Shown here piece by piece: positions 29,698 through 40,408 of a stretch of DNA of 64,000 nucleotides. The DNA comes from an uncultured delta proteobacterium (GTDB lineage Bacteria > Desulfobacterota > Desulfobacteria > Desulfobacterales > B30-G6), in NCBI GenBank assembly GCA_963842925.1, contig CAWJIL010000005.1, positions 15,002 to 79,001 of the forward strand, given 5' to 3'. The notes beneath the pieces are model-generated. The model searched no databases. It had not been told where the DNA came from and saw nothing but the letters and a program-made list of their open reading frames with translations. Numbering within the stretch: the first letter of the stretch is position 1; every line of letters starts with the position of its first letter. The translations under genes were made by a program, and so were the position numbers.

Positions 29698-31473
29698 ATG
29701 AGCACCCAGCAAACAACACCATGGTCAATGTCCAGAGACGCTACAAAATTGATGGATGTTGCACTTGGCAAGGCGCCTGCCGATTTGGCAGTTATCAATG
29801 CAACGCTACTGAACGTATACACGGGCGAGTTGCTGAAAAATCAATCCATCAGTGTCACTGACAAATGGATAGCCTATGTCGGTGAAAACGCACAAGATGC
29901 CATCGGATCTGAAACCATCGTCATTGATGCCGCCGGCAAAACTGTTATTCCCGGACTGATCGACGGCCACACCCATCTTGGATGGATGTGTACCATCGAC
30001 GAATATTTACGCTATATCATCCCGGGTGGCACAACCACCATAGTCACAGAGACACTGGAGCCTTATCCGGTGGGCGGGCTTGATGCTGTTCAGGAATTCC
30101 TGACCTCTCTGGAAGAACAACCTATAAAATTTCTTGCCACGGCACCTGCCATGGCATCCATCAGCCGGAATGCCGGCCATATGCCGATACAAGATTTGAA
30201 GCATCTTTTTTCAACCAAGAATGTTGTGGGATTAGGTGAGTCATATTGGCAGAATGTTTTACAGCAACCAGAGATCCTGCTCCCGCGTTTTGCCGAAACA
30301 TTAAAATCAGGTAAAATCCTGGAAGGACATTCTGCCGGCGCCAGTGATAAAAAACTGAATGCCTATATTGCCACAGGCATTACATCCTGTCACGAACCCA
30401 TAAAGGCCGATGAAGTCATACAGCGTTTACGACTGGGTATTCACGTCATGGCACGGGAAGGCAGTATTCGTAGAGACCTGAAAGAAATCGCAAAGATATG
30501 CAAAACCCAGGTGGATCTCAGAAGGTTAATTCTGGTTACGGACGGAATTCATCCGGACGATCTGTTGGAAAAAGGATATATGGAGTATGTCGTTCAAAAA
30601 GCCATCGCGTACGGTTTCGATCCCGTCGCCGCTGTTCAGATGGCCACACTGAATGTAGCCGAGCATTTTGCCGTGGATCATTGGGTCGGCGGTATTGCGC
30701 CTGGCAGGTTTGCCGATATGCTCGTCATACCGGACATCTCCACCATTCAACCCATGATGGTCATTAGCAATGGCCGAATCGTCTTTGACAACGACGCCCT
30801 TTTAGTCCCGGCGCGACCGCATGCCTTTTCCGACAAGAGTCGGCATAGCATTCACCTATCAAGACAAATTCAGTCTACGGATTTTACGCTTGCGTCTGTA
30901 TCGGAATCTGGTATCACGTCTGTCCGCGCCATGGAACTGATTACCGATCTCGTTACAAAAGAAATTCATCTGTCCTTGCCTGCCGTTAATGGCACTATCA
31001 AGAGTGACACTGGCCAGAATCTCCTGAAAATCGCCGCCATCGATCGATGTCAAAACCAGGATAAAGCCTTTGTGGGGCTCATCAAAGGATTCGGTCTCAA
31101 ATCGGGCGCTTTTGCCAGCAGTGCCGCATGGGACACTTCCGATATTGTCGTTATCGGCGCCAATGATCAAGATATGGCGTTTGCCGTCAATCGTATACAT
31201 ACCTTGCAGGGGGGCTATGTTTTATGTGATAATGACCACATTGTGGCCGAAGTCCCCATGCCGATCTGGGGCTTGATGTCGGATCTCCGTATACCGGAAC
31301 TGGTAACACGGATATCGACACTGAAAAAAGCTCTGAAGGAACGTGGTGTTCCGTTCCCGGACCCGCTGTTGACCATTATCACACTCACGGGTGCTGCCAT
31401 ACCCTTTTTCCGAATATGCGAAGAAGGCTATGTGGATCTGAAAAATGGCACCACCTATGGTCTTCATGTTTAG
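29698..31473 (+). CDS. ade: Adenine deaminase (AdeC-type)
   Basis: PGLIDGHTH, EGHSAG, SCHE, REGS, VTDG, C-terminal AdeC domain. Confidence 0.85.
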   Translation: MSTQQTTPWSMSRDATKLMDVALGKAPADLAVINATLLNVYTGELLKNQSISVTDKWIAYVGENAQDAIGSETIVIDAAGKTVIPGLIDGHTHLGWMCTIDEYLRYIIPGGTTTIVTETLEPYPVGGLDAVQEFLTSLEEQPIKFLATAPAMASISRNAGHMPIQDLKHLFSTKNVVGLGESYWQNVLQQPEILLPRFAETLKSGKILEGHSAGASDKKLNAYIATGITSCHEPIKADEVIQRLRLGIHVMAREGSIRRDLKEIAKICKTQVDLRRLILVTDGIHPDDLLEKGYMEYVVQKAIAYGFDPVAAVQMATLNVAEHFAVDHWVGGIAPGRFADMLVIPDISTIQPMMVISNGRIVFDNDALLVPARPHAFSDKSRHSIHLSRQIQSTDFTLASVSESGITSVRAMELITDLVTKEIHLSLPAVNGTIKSDTGQNLLKIAAIDRCQNQDKAFVGLIKGFGLKSGAFASSAAWDTSDIVVIGANDQDMAFAVNRIHTLQGGYVLCDNDHIVAEVPMPIWGLMSDLRIPELVTRISTLKKALKERGVPFPDPLLTIITLTGAAIPFFRICEEGYVDLKNGTTYGLHV

Positions 31474-31502
31474 AAGCTATCTTAAAAGGAAGTTATTTCT
31501 CT

Positions 31503-32474
31503 ATGAAAGAAGCAACAACGACCAATCAATCAATACCAGACCAACAACAACCCCCATGGCTGAAAAAATGGATGGTTGCCACGCGTCCGTTTGCTTTGCC
31601 GGCATCAACCATGTCGGTTATATTTGGCACCGTTCTTGCCATCACCATCGCTAATGCAAGGTTTAACCTGCTTCACTTTATTGCCGCATTTTTCGGCATG
31701 GCGTTTCTGCACACCGGCAGCAACCTGCTCAACGATGTATTTGACTTTAAAAAAGGTATCGACAGAAATGTCAATCCTGTCAGCGGTGCCGTGGTTCGGG
31801 GCTGGATTACACCTTCTCAGGCTTTGCGGGCAGGGTTGTTTTTCCTTCTCATCGGAAGCCTCATCGGCCTGTTTATTGTGAGCCGGGTGGGCAAACCCAT
31901 ACTCTGGATCGGCATAATGGGTGTTGCGGTGGGTGGATTCTACACATGGGGTCCCATGCCTTTGAAATTCAATGCACTTGGAGATCTGGCTGTTTTTCTG
32001 AATTTTGGTGTGCTCGGTTCCCTGGGCGCCTGGACGGTTCAGACCGGCTCCCTTTCCTGGACACCGGTTCTCTGGGCCATACCCATGTCCATCTTCGTCG
32101 TCGGCATCCTGCATGCCAATAATTGGCGCGACATCCAGAGTGATAAAGCCGGTGGCATACAAACCATGGCCAGTGTTCTGGGAGATTCGGCTTCCCAAGG
32201 CTACTATACCTTTCTGCTCCTCTCTCCCTTTGCCATCATTCTATTATACCTGCTCTTATCCATCATCAATGGTCTGCAACCGGAAATGCCCCTGACGTTT
32301 TTGATCACTTTTATTGCCATTCCAAAAGCGATCAAGCTTATCAAAAAAGGAAAGCGTCGAAAAAATCCACAAATGCCCCTTGATTTCATTGCACTGGATG
32401 GGGAAACAGCTCAACTGAATCTTTTATTTGGCATTCTTTGCACAGTTGCACTGGGGCTTTATGCTTTCCTGTAA
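31503..32474 (+). CDS. menA: MenA-like (UbiA family) prenyltransferase
   Basis: ATRPFALPAS, NLLNDVFDFKKGID, HANNWRDIQSD. Confidence 0.8.
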   Translation: MKEATTTNQSIPDQQQPPWLKKWMVATRPFALPASTMSVIFGTVLAITIANARFNLLHFIAAFFGMAFLHTGSNLLNDVFDFKKGIDRNVNPVSGAVVRGWITPSQALRAGLFFLLIGSLIGLFIVSRVGKPILWIGIMGVAVGGFYTWGPMPLKFNALGDLAVFLNFGVLGSLGAWTVQTGSLSWTPVLWAIPMSIFVVGILHANNWRDIQSDKAGGIQTMASVLGDSASQGYYTFLLLSPFAIILLYLLLSIINGLQPEMPLTFLITFIAIPKAIKLIKKGKRRKNPQMPLDFIALDGETAQLNLLFGILCTVALGLYAFL

Positions 32475-32538
32475 CAACTTGACCATCGAACATTGAACCT
32501 TGGATGTTCGATATTGGACGTTCATCTTAAAAAATAAA

Positions 32539-32597
32539 AACACGAGAGTTTTCATTGTTTTTTTCGTGTTTTCGACCTTTCGTGTTTTCGTGATAAA
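32539..32597. repeat. CACGAAA/TTTCGTG-array hairpin family
   Basis: Copies at ~32539-32597, 35723-35862, 37811 (partial), 40953-41032, 46472 (partial), 54462-54543, 59182-59283, 63245-63315. Confidence 0.85.
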
Positions 32598-32636
32598 AGA
32601 TCTTTTTCTTTTCCGGTTTATCCGGGTTGGGTATTT

Positions 32637-33269
32637 ATGAAATTAACCATCGCAACCACCTTTTTAGCCATCCTTCTGTTCGTCCCCTTATTCATCACAA
32701 GGGGGTTGGGACCTTTCGACTTCTGGTGGTGGCTCTCTGGCAACCTGATCATTCTTATCTCCATCGCCGCATTCTCTGATTCCGCCTGGCGTTCTTCCAT
32801 ACGCCAGGATATTGCCGAAAACATCCGTTTCAAAATCGGCATGGGAATCCTGTCCGCACTATTTTTGTACCTGGTTTTTGTTATCGGAAATTTCCTTTCA
32901 AGAAATATCTTTAGCTTTGCGGGCAGTGGTATCCAGGATGTCTATGCATTCAAGATGGGTGCATCCAAGTTTCGCATCGCCGTTCTGATGATTTTCATTA
33001 TCGGACCCGGGGAAGAGGTTTTCTGGCGGGGTTTTCTTCAGGGCAGTCTTCAAAATAAGACCGGCAAATATCTGGGTTTTATTCTGGCAACCAGCATCTA
33101 TACACTTGTTCACCTGGGCAGCGGCAATGTCATGCTCGTGCTGGCGGCCGGTGTGTGTGGTCTGTTCTGGGGATACCTCTATCTCAGGTACGGTTCCATC
33201 ACGCTGAACATGGTCAGTCATACCCTATGGGATGTGACTGTTTTTTTGTGGCTGCCGTTTAACACATGA
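32637..33269 (+). CDS. CPBP (CAAX/Abi) intramembrane metalloprotease
   Basis: GEEVFWRG, YTLVH, SHTLWD. Confidence 0.9.
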   Translation: MKLTIATTFLAILLFVPLFITRGLGPFDFWWWLSGNLIILISIAAFSDSAWRSSIRQDIAENIRFKIGMGILSALFLYLVFVIGNFLSRNIFSFAGSGIQDVYAFKMGASKFRIAVLMIFIIGPGEEVFWRGFLQGSLQNKTGKYLGFILATSIYTLVHLGSGNVMLVLAAGVCGLFWGYLYLRYGSITLNMVSHTLWDVTVFLWLPFNT

Positions 33270-33485
33270 GGGTTTGAGGGGTATCGTGTTCATTGCGTTT
33301 GTTGTGTTTCTTGGGTTCATTGGGTTGATGAAATAGAAACGAGTTGAAGGCACTGTACTGACGGCCTTAAGCAACACAATGAACAAAACGGCTAAGTTTG
33401 TATGGTTCGAGGGTGGCTGAGGGCTCTTAGCAAATGGCACCTAACAGCCTAACAGTCTAAACCCCTAAAAGGCTGTCAAGGGGTC
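33270..33485. repeat. Composite repeat, inverted copy of ~53275-53530
   Basis: Shared gttcattgcgttt..cttgggttcattgggtt, gacggcc.taagcaacacaat and gagggtggctga..ggcacctaacag..aaacccctaaaaggctgtc. Confidence 0.75.
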
Positions 33486-33534
33486 CAGTGAGATGCTTAA
33501 ACCTACGTTGATGATATATTCAGGATATAGACTT

Positions 33535-35643
33535 TTACCTCATATTGTTTGCCACCAGCTCGGCGATATCCTGTGTCTTGATTTCCTCGTCTTTATCCAG
33601 TTCTTTCATGCCGTCTTCAAGCATGGTTAAGCAGAAGGGGCAGCTCACCGCCACATTTTCTGCCTGCTGACCAACAATTTCTTCGGCGCGTTCCAGATTG
33701 ATTCTCTTACCGATGGTCTCTTCCATCCACATTCTTCCCCCACCCGCACCGCAACAAAAACTCTCCCGACCGTGTCGATTGAGTTCTTGGAACCCTTCTT
33801 TTGATAGGGTTTTCAAAATTGATCTGGGTTGATCATAAATTGAATTGTAGCGTCCCAAATAACAGGGGTCATGGTAAGTCAAAGACCCACCCAATGACCT
33901 GTTTAAGCTAATTCTGCCCTCTTCCACAAGTTGAGCGATAATTTCAGAATGATGGATCACGTGATAATTTCCGCCCATTTGGGGGTACTCGTGCTTGAGT
34001 GTATTGAGACAATGGGGGCAGGCCGCAATAATTTTTTTAACCTTGTATTTGTTCAAGGTTTCGATGTTTTCCTGCGCCATCATCTGGTATAGCATTTCAT
34101 TGCCCACACGTCTGGCAAAGTCGCCGGTGCATTTTTCTTCCACCCCCAGAATGGCAAAGTCAACGTCGGCTTTTTGCAGGATCTTGACCAGACTGGTGGA
34201 GACTTTTTTGGTACGATCGTCGAATGAACCGGCACAACCAACCCAGAGTAAATAGTCTACATCGGGGTCATCCGCCATTATTTTAACATCCAAGCCGTTT
34301 GTCCAATCCGCACGTTTATCATACCCAATTCCCCAGGGATTGCCATTGCGCTCGAGCCCTTTGAGGGCCGTGTTCAACTCTTTGGGATACGTCTCCGCCA
34401 TCAAGGTCTGTCCCTGCCTCATGGCCATTATACGGGGAACATGTTCGATGGTCACCGGGCAAACTTCTTCGCAGGCACGACAGGTGGTGCAGGCCCAAAG
34501 CGTATCTTGGGCAATCACATCACCAACAAGCTGTTTTTTGCTGTTTAGCGCGGCCATCTCCGCCTTAACTTTTTCTGTTTGGTCGGCATCGTCATTTTGT
34601 TTGATCGTGGCTGACAACGTTGCTCTTTTGATAAGGTTGTCCGCGTTATCAAAGAGTTCAAATTTCAGCTTGTCGTTGAAGTCATGCAGGTTTAGCGGTT
34701 TGTCAGTGATATACGTGGGGCAGACTTCTTTACAGCGGCCGCATTCGGTACAGGTGTAAAGATCCAATCCCTGTTTCCAGTTGAGCTGATGGATATGGTT
34801 GAGCCCTAAGGATTCGTCCTCCCAGGCCGCTTCGTCTTCCAAATCCAAAAGTCTGGTCTTTTGATGGGGATATCCCAGTTTTTTAAAAAAAACATTGGGA
34901 AGTGCGGTGATAACATGAAAGTGTTTTCCCAGGGGTAAAAAATTGAGAAAAGTCAGCTGAGTGATGATATGCAACCAGAACATACAGACCATGACAGTGC
35001 CAATGGCATTGGCACTCATGTTGGATATTACAGCCCCTGCCCCCACGGAAACAGGCGTCCACAGAAACTCGGAACCATACTGGGGGTTATTGAAAAAGTG
35101 GAGTTGCATCAGGTTGTTATGTTGCATTATCAAGAGATAGCGGGCACCATCATATAGGAGATCGGAAATCATCAAAACACCAATCATTCCCAATACAAAA
35201 TAGGCTTCCCAGGTATTGTGCAGTCGTGGTGGTTTTATAACAGCTCTGCGGATGATGGCGTAAATAACCATCAGCAGGACAATGCCTTCCATGATGTCTT
35301 TCAGGGCAATATATAGGTAGCCCAGCAAATAATGATCACCCAAAAAAGGCAGTTGATACCCGGGTATAAATCCTTCGCCATATAGTGTCAGACTGCGAAG
35401 CAACAGGATACAGAATCCCCAGAAGATCAAGGCGTGCATCAACCCCGAAGCCCGTTCTTTTTTCCTTCCCACCAGGCGCTTCTGTCCTATTGCAATAACC
35501 ACTAAATTCTTAAGTCGCGTCTTGATATGATTGACTCTGCCGGCCGGTTCGAGGGCCCTCAGCAGTCGGATTTTATTATCCATTGTGCGACCGAAAATCG
35601 CCAGCCCGACAATGAGCAGAATAGACATGAAGAGGGGATTCAT
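33535..35643 (-). CDS. Membrane FeS oxidoreductase (DUF224/heme b + 4Fe-4S + CCG), ETF:menaquinone oxidoreductase type
   Basis: TM region with HALIFWGF and KHFH; CTECGRC, CTTCRACEEVCP, YHDPC, CCGAGGG; downstream of etfBA. Confidence 0.88.
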   Translation of the reverse strand: MNPLFMSILLIVGLAIFGRTMDNKIRLLRALEPAGRVNHIKTRLKNLVVIAIGQKRLVGRKKERASGLMHALIFWGFCILLLRSLTLYGEGFIPGYQLPFLGDHYLLGYLYIALKDIMEGIVLLMVIYAIIRRAVIKPPRLHNTWEAYFVLGMIGVLMISDLLYDGARYLLIMQHNNLMQLHFFNNPQYGSEFLWTPVSVGAGAVISNMSANAIGTVMVCMFWLHIITQLTFLNFLPLGKHFHVITALPNVFFKKLGYPHQKTRLLDLEDEAAWEDESLGLNHIHQLNWKQGLDLYTCTECGRCKEVCPTYITDKPLNLHDFNDKLKFELFDNADNLIKRATLSATIKQNDDADQTEKVKAEMAALNSKKQLVGDVIAQDTLWACTTCRACEEVCPVTIEHVPRIMAMRQGQTLMAETYPKELNTALKGLERNGNPWGIGYDKRADWTNGLDVKIMADDPDVDYLLWVGCAGSFDDRTKKVSTSLVKILQKADVDFAILGVEEKCTGDFARRVGNEMLYQMMAQENIETLNKYKVKKIIAACPHCLNTLKHEYPQMGGNYHVIHHSEIIAQLVEEGRISLNRSLGGSLTYHDPCYLGRYNSIYDQPRSILKTLSKEGFQELNRHGRESFCCGAGGGRMWMEETIGKRINLERAEEIVGQQAENVAVSCPFCLTMLEDGMKELDKDEEIKTQDIAELVANNMR

Positions 35644-35922
35644 AGCTGCCTTCGTGTTTTGGTGTTTTGTGTTTGGTGTTTGGTGTTTGGTGTTTCGCGT
35701 TCGGTGTTTCGTGTCAAAAAATATCACGAAAACACGAAATACCGAAAACACGAAATTATTAAGACCTCGCAGCAAGCCGCACGGCAGGATCGGTGGGAAA
35801 TATCCACGCTGTTACGGTTCAAGGGTTTTTCGTGACTTCGTGCTTTCGTGTTTTCGTGATAAATTATTTATCTTTTGCTTAAGGAGTCTAAATTATGTCT
35901 TACTCCCGCACACTTGGCCGGG

Positions 35923-36882
35923 CTAAACGCTGAGTTTTTTTATCTCTTCCCGCAGAATGGGTACCACCTCAAACAGGTCTCCGACAATACCATAGTCAGC
36001 CACGTTAAAGATGGGGGCTTCAGGATCTTTGTTGACCGCCAGGATCACTTTTGAACCGTTCATTCCGGCAAGATGCTGAATCGCTCCGGAAATACCGATG
36101 GCCATATAAAGGGATGGCGCAACGATTTTGCCGGTTTGCCCGACTTGTTTATTATGAGCCATGAAACCCGCATCGACCATGGCACGGGAAGAACCAAAAC
36201 CGGCTTTTAGGTCCTTGGCCAGTTCTTTTACAAGATCGACACCTGCTTGATCTTTTGCGCCTCGTCCTACAGAGATAACGATGTTGGCATCGGCAAGATC
36301 GACTTCACCGCTTGCATCCGACACGAGTTCCTTGATTACGGCTTTTAAATCAGGCGACGGAGGAGAGAGTTTGACTACGTTTTCAGTTCCCGTGATATCT
36401 TGTACCGCCTCGAACGCGCCTGCTCTGACAACCGCCACCAGTTTATCGGTGTTGATTTTAACGCGCTGAATCACTTTATTGGTGATGGCAGGCCTCACAA
36501 CTTCGATCTCATCCCCCTCCAGCATCACGTCGGTAATTTCGGTAGCACAGGCGGCATCCAGTTGAGCTGCAACCCTGGGCGCGACGGCTTTGCCGCTTTC
36601 TGAAAAACCGAACCAAATCATATCGGCGTCAAATTTTCTGGCAGCGTCGACGACACAGGAGGCATAAGGTCCTGCTGAAAACAGCTCCATCCCCGGGTCA
36701 TCCGCGATGTATTGTGTGTCGGATCCCATATTTGCCAGATCGGAGGATAGCGATTCAATATTGCTGCCAATCGCAACCACTGCGGTTTCTACTCCAATGG
36801 CTTTGGCTTTTGATAGAAGTTCGCTTGTGCTGATCTTCAGATCACCTTGTTTGATATCTGCAACAACGAGTACTTTCGACAT
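35923..36882 (-). CDS. etfA: Electron transfer flavoprotein alpha subunit
   Basis: QVGQTGK, GISGAIQHLAGM, NKDPEAPIF. Confidence 0.95.
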   Translation of the reverse strand: MSKVLVVADIKQGDLKISTSELLSKAKAIGVETAVVAIGSNIESLSSDLANMGSDTQYIADDPGMELFSAGPYASCVVDAARKFDADMIWFGFSESGKAVAPRVAAQLDAACATEITDVMLEGDEIEVVRPAITNKVIQRVKINTDKLVAVVRAGAFEAVQDITGTENVVKLSPPSPDLKAVIKELVSDASGEVDLADANIVISVGRGAKDQAGVDLVKELAKDLKAGFGSSRAMVDAGFMAHNKQVGQTGKIVAPSLYMAIGISGAIQHLAGMNGSKVILAVNKDPEAPIFNVADYGIVGDLFEVVPILREEIKKLSV

Positions 36883-36953
36883 AATATTTTTTCCTTATCG
36901 ATATTCGATGTAATGATATGTTACATGTTTATTTAACCCGAGAGCTTGAAAAA

Positions 36954-37736
36954 CTAAAGAACCTTAGCCTCATTGGCCAATAGATCTACCACCTGGGCTG
37001 TAATATCAGCTGGCTCGCCTTCAAATTTTTGCCCACCTTTGCGTGATTTTGAAGCCATGAATTCAACAATCTCCGATTTGGGTGCTGCTGCGCCAATATC
37101 ATCTGCCGAAATTCCCAATGCCGTCAGATCCATCACTTCGATTTTCTTTTTCTTTGCCATCATAATACCGCGCATCTGGGGCAGTCGCGGTTCATTGATA
37201 CTCACATCAACAGTGATGAGAGCGGGTAATTCTAATTCAATGATTTCGGTCCCGGCATCACCGGATCTGGATACTTTAATGTGCTGTTCATCCAGTACTT
37301 CAATGGCCACGACGTTACTGACGCACGGCAATCCTAAATACTCCGCTAAAATAATTCCGGTTTGTCCGCTATCCGTATCCTGCGCTTGTTTTCCGGTTAT
37401 GACGAGATCATAGTCCCCCTTCTCATAAACCTTTTGCAGTACCCTGGCATAAATCGAAGAATCGGCTTTATCCAAGGCCGAATCTTCGATATGAATACCG
37501 TTTTCAATGCCCATGGCATAGCACCTGCGGATCATGTCGGTGTTGTCTCCCCCACCGACGCTCACCAATGTGGTTTCCGCTCCGTTATTTTCTTTCAGTT
37601 GGACAGCGGCTTCCACCGCACTTTCATCCCAGGCGTTGATAACATATTGCATTCCGTCCTCACTAATGGCGCCATCTTCCACGCGCATGGTCAATTCAAC
37701 GTCAACTACTTTTTTTACTGTTGTGAGAATCTTCAA
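36954..37736 (-). CDS. etfB: Electron transfer flavoprotein beta subunit
   Basis: INAWDESAVE, GKQAQDTDSGQ, NEPRLP. Confidence 0.95.
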   Translation of the reverse strand: MKILTTVKKVVDVELTMRVEDGAISEDGMQYVINAWDESAVEAAVQLKENNGAETTLVSVGGGDNTDMIRRCYAMGIENGIHIEDSALDKADSSIYARVLQKVYEKGDYDLVITGKQAQDTDSGQTGIILAEYLGLPCVSNVVAIEVLDEQHIKVSRSGDAGTEIIELELPALITVDVSINEPRLPQMRGIMMAKKKKIEVMDLTALGISADDIGAAAPKSEIVEFMASKSRKGGQKFEGEPADITAQVVDLLANEAKVL

Positions 37737-37876
37737 TGTATCCTCCTATTGATTAAACTCTTAAGAAACTCTAATGCTGATTTATGGGGTTACTATAACA
37801 AAGAAAAATAATCACGAAAACACTTTTAAGCTGTAAGCCATAAGCCATAAGCAGCTTACAGATTAAGGCTTATAGC

Positions 37877-38467
37877 TTATGGCCTATCGAATGCAAGGGC
37901 TTCGGTTAAAACAAAAGCCGCCTGGAGATACGATGTAGGACAGAGGGGAAAGCATTCTTTGCAATCATTGCATTCCTTGGAAGCTATTTCCGGAATAAAA
38001 CTGATCTCTTTTCTTATACCTCTGTCAACGAATCCTACAGCGTTCTTCTTCTTGACCTCGGCACAGTATCTTACACACAGACCACAATGAATACAAAACG
38101 AGGCTTCTTTTTCAAAACGGTTTTTATCTGCGCCATATTCTTGAGCCAAGGCCTGCAGCACCGGTGAATCTGGCGCATGCGCCAGCAATAACTCTAAAAT
38201 CGTTTTGCGTATTCTATCTATCTTCTCAGATCGGGTGCGGACAATCAGTTTATCCTCTACCGGATAAACACAGGAAACAACAAGTTTGGTCCACCCGTGA
38301 GTTTCAACTTCTACGATACAAATTCGGCAACCCCCAAATGGTTCCAGTTTTTCATGGTGACAGAGAGTGGGAATAAATATCCCGGCACCTTGGGCTGCAT
38401 CCAAGATGGTCATCCCCTGCGTTGATTTGACTTCCTTACCATCGATTTGTAAAAGGATTTCGCTCAT
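37877..38467 (-). CDS. bamI: Class II benzoyl-CoA reductase FeS subunit (NuoG N-terminal-like)
   Basis: IPTLC..GGCRIC..SC, CIHCGLC; last gene of the bam run. Confidence 0.85.
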   Translation of the reverse strand: MSEILLQIDGKEVKSTQGMTILDAAQGAGIFIPTLCHHEKLEPFGGCRICIVEVETHGWTKLVVSCVYPVEDKLIVRTRSEKIDRIRKTILELLLAHAPDSPVLQALAQEYGADKNRFEKEASFCIHCGLCVRYCAEVKKKNAVGFVDRGIRKEISFIPEIASKECNDCKECFPLCPTSYLQAAFVLTEALAFDRP

Positions 38468-40392
38468 TTTTCTTTGCTCTTTCTGGTTATAACTCTTTCT
38501 TCTTCAGGAATAGGCTCTGGAACGGGCTCGCCTGATATCTTTGTCACCGCACCAAAACGAGAGGGACAGACCTCAAAGCAGGTTCCGCAGTTTGTGCACT
38601 TCTTCTGATCGATGATATGGATCTTTTTCTTGCCCCCGTCAATCGCCTCTGCAGGGCATTTTTTGGCACAAATTCCACAGGCCTGACACTTGCCCGGATC
38701 AATATAGAAAGCAATCAGTTCCTTGCAGGACAAGGCCGGACATCGCTTTTCCTTGATATGTGCTTCATACTCGTCCCTGAAGTAACGTATGGTGCTTAAA
38801 AACGGATTGGGGGCGCTCTTACCTAAGGCACAAAGAGAGGCTTCAACGGCTGTCTCAGACAACGCTTCCAAAAGCGCAATGTCTCCTTCTTTTCCCTTCC
38901 CCTGGGTGATATTCGTGAGAATCTTATGCATCTGTCGCAGACCTTCCCGACAGGGGACACATTTGCCACAGGATTCATCTGTGAGAAAGTTGATGAAGTA
39001 TCTGGCAACATCCACCATGCAGGTGTCTTCATCCATGACAATCATGCCACCGGAGCCCATCATTGAGCCCGCCTTAGTGAGTTCATCAAAACCGACTTCC
39101 AAATCCAGCTGGTCTTCGGGGATACATCCGCCTGATGGACCTCCAGTCTGCACTGCCTTGAACTTTTTTCCGTCCGGGATACCGCCGCCGATCTTGTAGA
39201 TAATGTCTCTAAGGGTGATACCCATGGGGACTTCCACAAGTCCGGTGTTGGTTATCTTGCCAACCAGAGAGAATATTTTTGTGCCTTTGCTGCCCTGGGT
39301 GCCAATCTCTGTAAACCAGTCAGCACCCTTATTGATAATAAATGGCACATTTGCCCATGTTTCAACATTGTTCAACACGCTGGGTCTTTCCCAAAGCCCT
39401 TTGACATTGGAACGAACATATTTGGGTCTGGGTTCTCCAACCCTTCCTTCCAATGCCGTCATTAGCGCTGTTGATTCGCCACAAACAAAAGCGCCGGCTC
39501 CCTGGTGGACAAAAACATTGAAATCATAGCCTGAACCAAGAATATTTTTCCCGAGCAGTCCATAGGCTTCAGCCTGTTTAATGGCAAGATTTATATTCTT
39601 CACTGCCAGAGGGTATTCCTGCCGAACGTAAATATAACCCTCCTTAGCGCCTATGGCATAGCCACCGATGATCAAACCCTCAAGAATGGAATGCGGATTT
39701 CCTTCAAGCAGTGCTCGGTCCATGAACGCCCCTGGGTCACCCTCGTCGGCATTGACAATCACATATTTTACAGGTTCAGGGGCATTGCGGGATCCTTCCC
39801 ACTTTCTCCCCGCTGGAAAACCGGCGCCACCCCTGCCCCTGAGATTTGATTTTTTGACTTCCGCCAATACATCTACATCGGTCATCTGTAAAAGAGCTTT
39901 GGCCAATGCCGAATACCCTTCTATGGCCAGATAGTCGTCGATATTCTTGGAATCAATTTTAATGTTATTGCAGAGAAGCGTTCTTTGCTGATTTTTATAA
40001 AAGGTGATATCGGATTCATGAATGGCGCGTTCGCCTGTGACCGGATCTTCATAGAGCAGATGTTCAACGACCTTTTTCTTCTTTATGGTCTGTGAGATAA
40101 TCTCGGGCACATCCTCAGCCCTTACCTGGAGATAGCATATCTCCTCGGGATAAATCACCACAACAGGTCCTCTCTCACAAAACCCGGGGCACCCGGTCCC
40201 TTTTGTGTCGACTTCAGCCTGCAAGCCTTCTTTTTCAATCTCCGCTCTAAAGGCCGCTATAACTTCATCTGCTCCTGATGCGATACAACCGGCACCGGCA
40301 CATATGGATATGCAAGGCTTGTTTGGATCTCTTTTGTGTAATATTTCCTGTCTGAAGTTCTCTAATTCTTCAGGCGAGTTCAACCGCGCCAT
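38464..40392 (-). CDS. bamH: Class II BCR NADH-binding subunit (NuoF-like)
   Basis: GRGGAGFPAG, NADEGDPGAFMDR, GAFVCGE, ESCGKCVPCREG. Confidence 0.9.
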   Translation of the reverse strand: MARLNSPEELENFRQEILHKRDPNKPCISICAGAGCIASGADEVIAAFRAEIEKEGLQAEVDTKGTGCPGFCERGPVVVIYPEEICYLQVRAEDVPEIISQTIKKKKVVEHLLYEDPVTGERAIHESDITFYKNQQRTLLCNNIKIDSKNIDDYLAIEGYSALAKALLQMTDVDVLAEVKKSNLRGRGGAGFPAGRKWEGSRNAPEPVKYVIVNADEGDPGAFMDRALLEGNPHSILEGLIIGGYAIGAKEGYIYVRQEYPLAVKNINLAIKQAEAYGLLGKNILGSGYDFNVFVHQGAGAFVCGESTALMTALEGRVGEPRPKYVRSNVKGLWERPSVLNNVETWANVPFIINKGADWFTEIGTQGSKGTKIFSLVGKITNTGLVEVPMGITLRDIIYKIGGGIPDGKKFKAVQTGGPSGGCIPEDQLDLEVGFDELTKAGSMMGSGGMIVMDEDTCMVDVARYFINFLTDESCGKCVPCREGLRQMHKILTNITQGKGKEGDIALLEALSETAVEASLCALGKSAPNPFLSTIRYFRDEYEAHIKEKRCPALSCKELIAFYIDPGKCQACGICAKKCPAEAIDGGKKKIHIIDQKKCTNCGTCFEVCPSRFGAVTKISGEPVPEPIPEEERVITRKSKEK

Positions 40393-40408
40393 AATTTTCC
40401 CTTTCTCA

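Noticed and set aside
35644-35775. N-terminal extension of the membrane oxidoreductase (similarly 4923-4994 and 53269-53292)
   Set aside because: Translated repeat sequence; better starts lie downstream.
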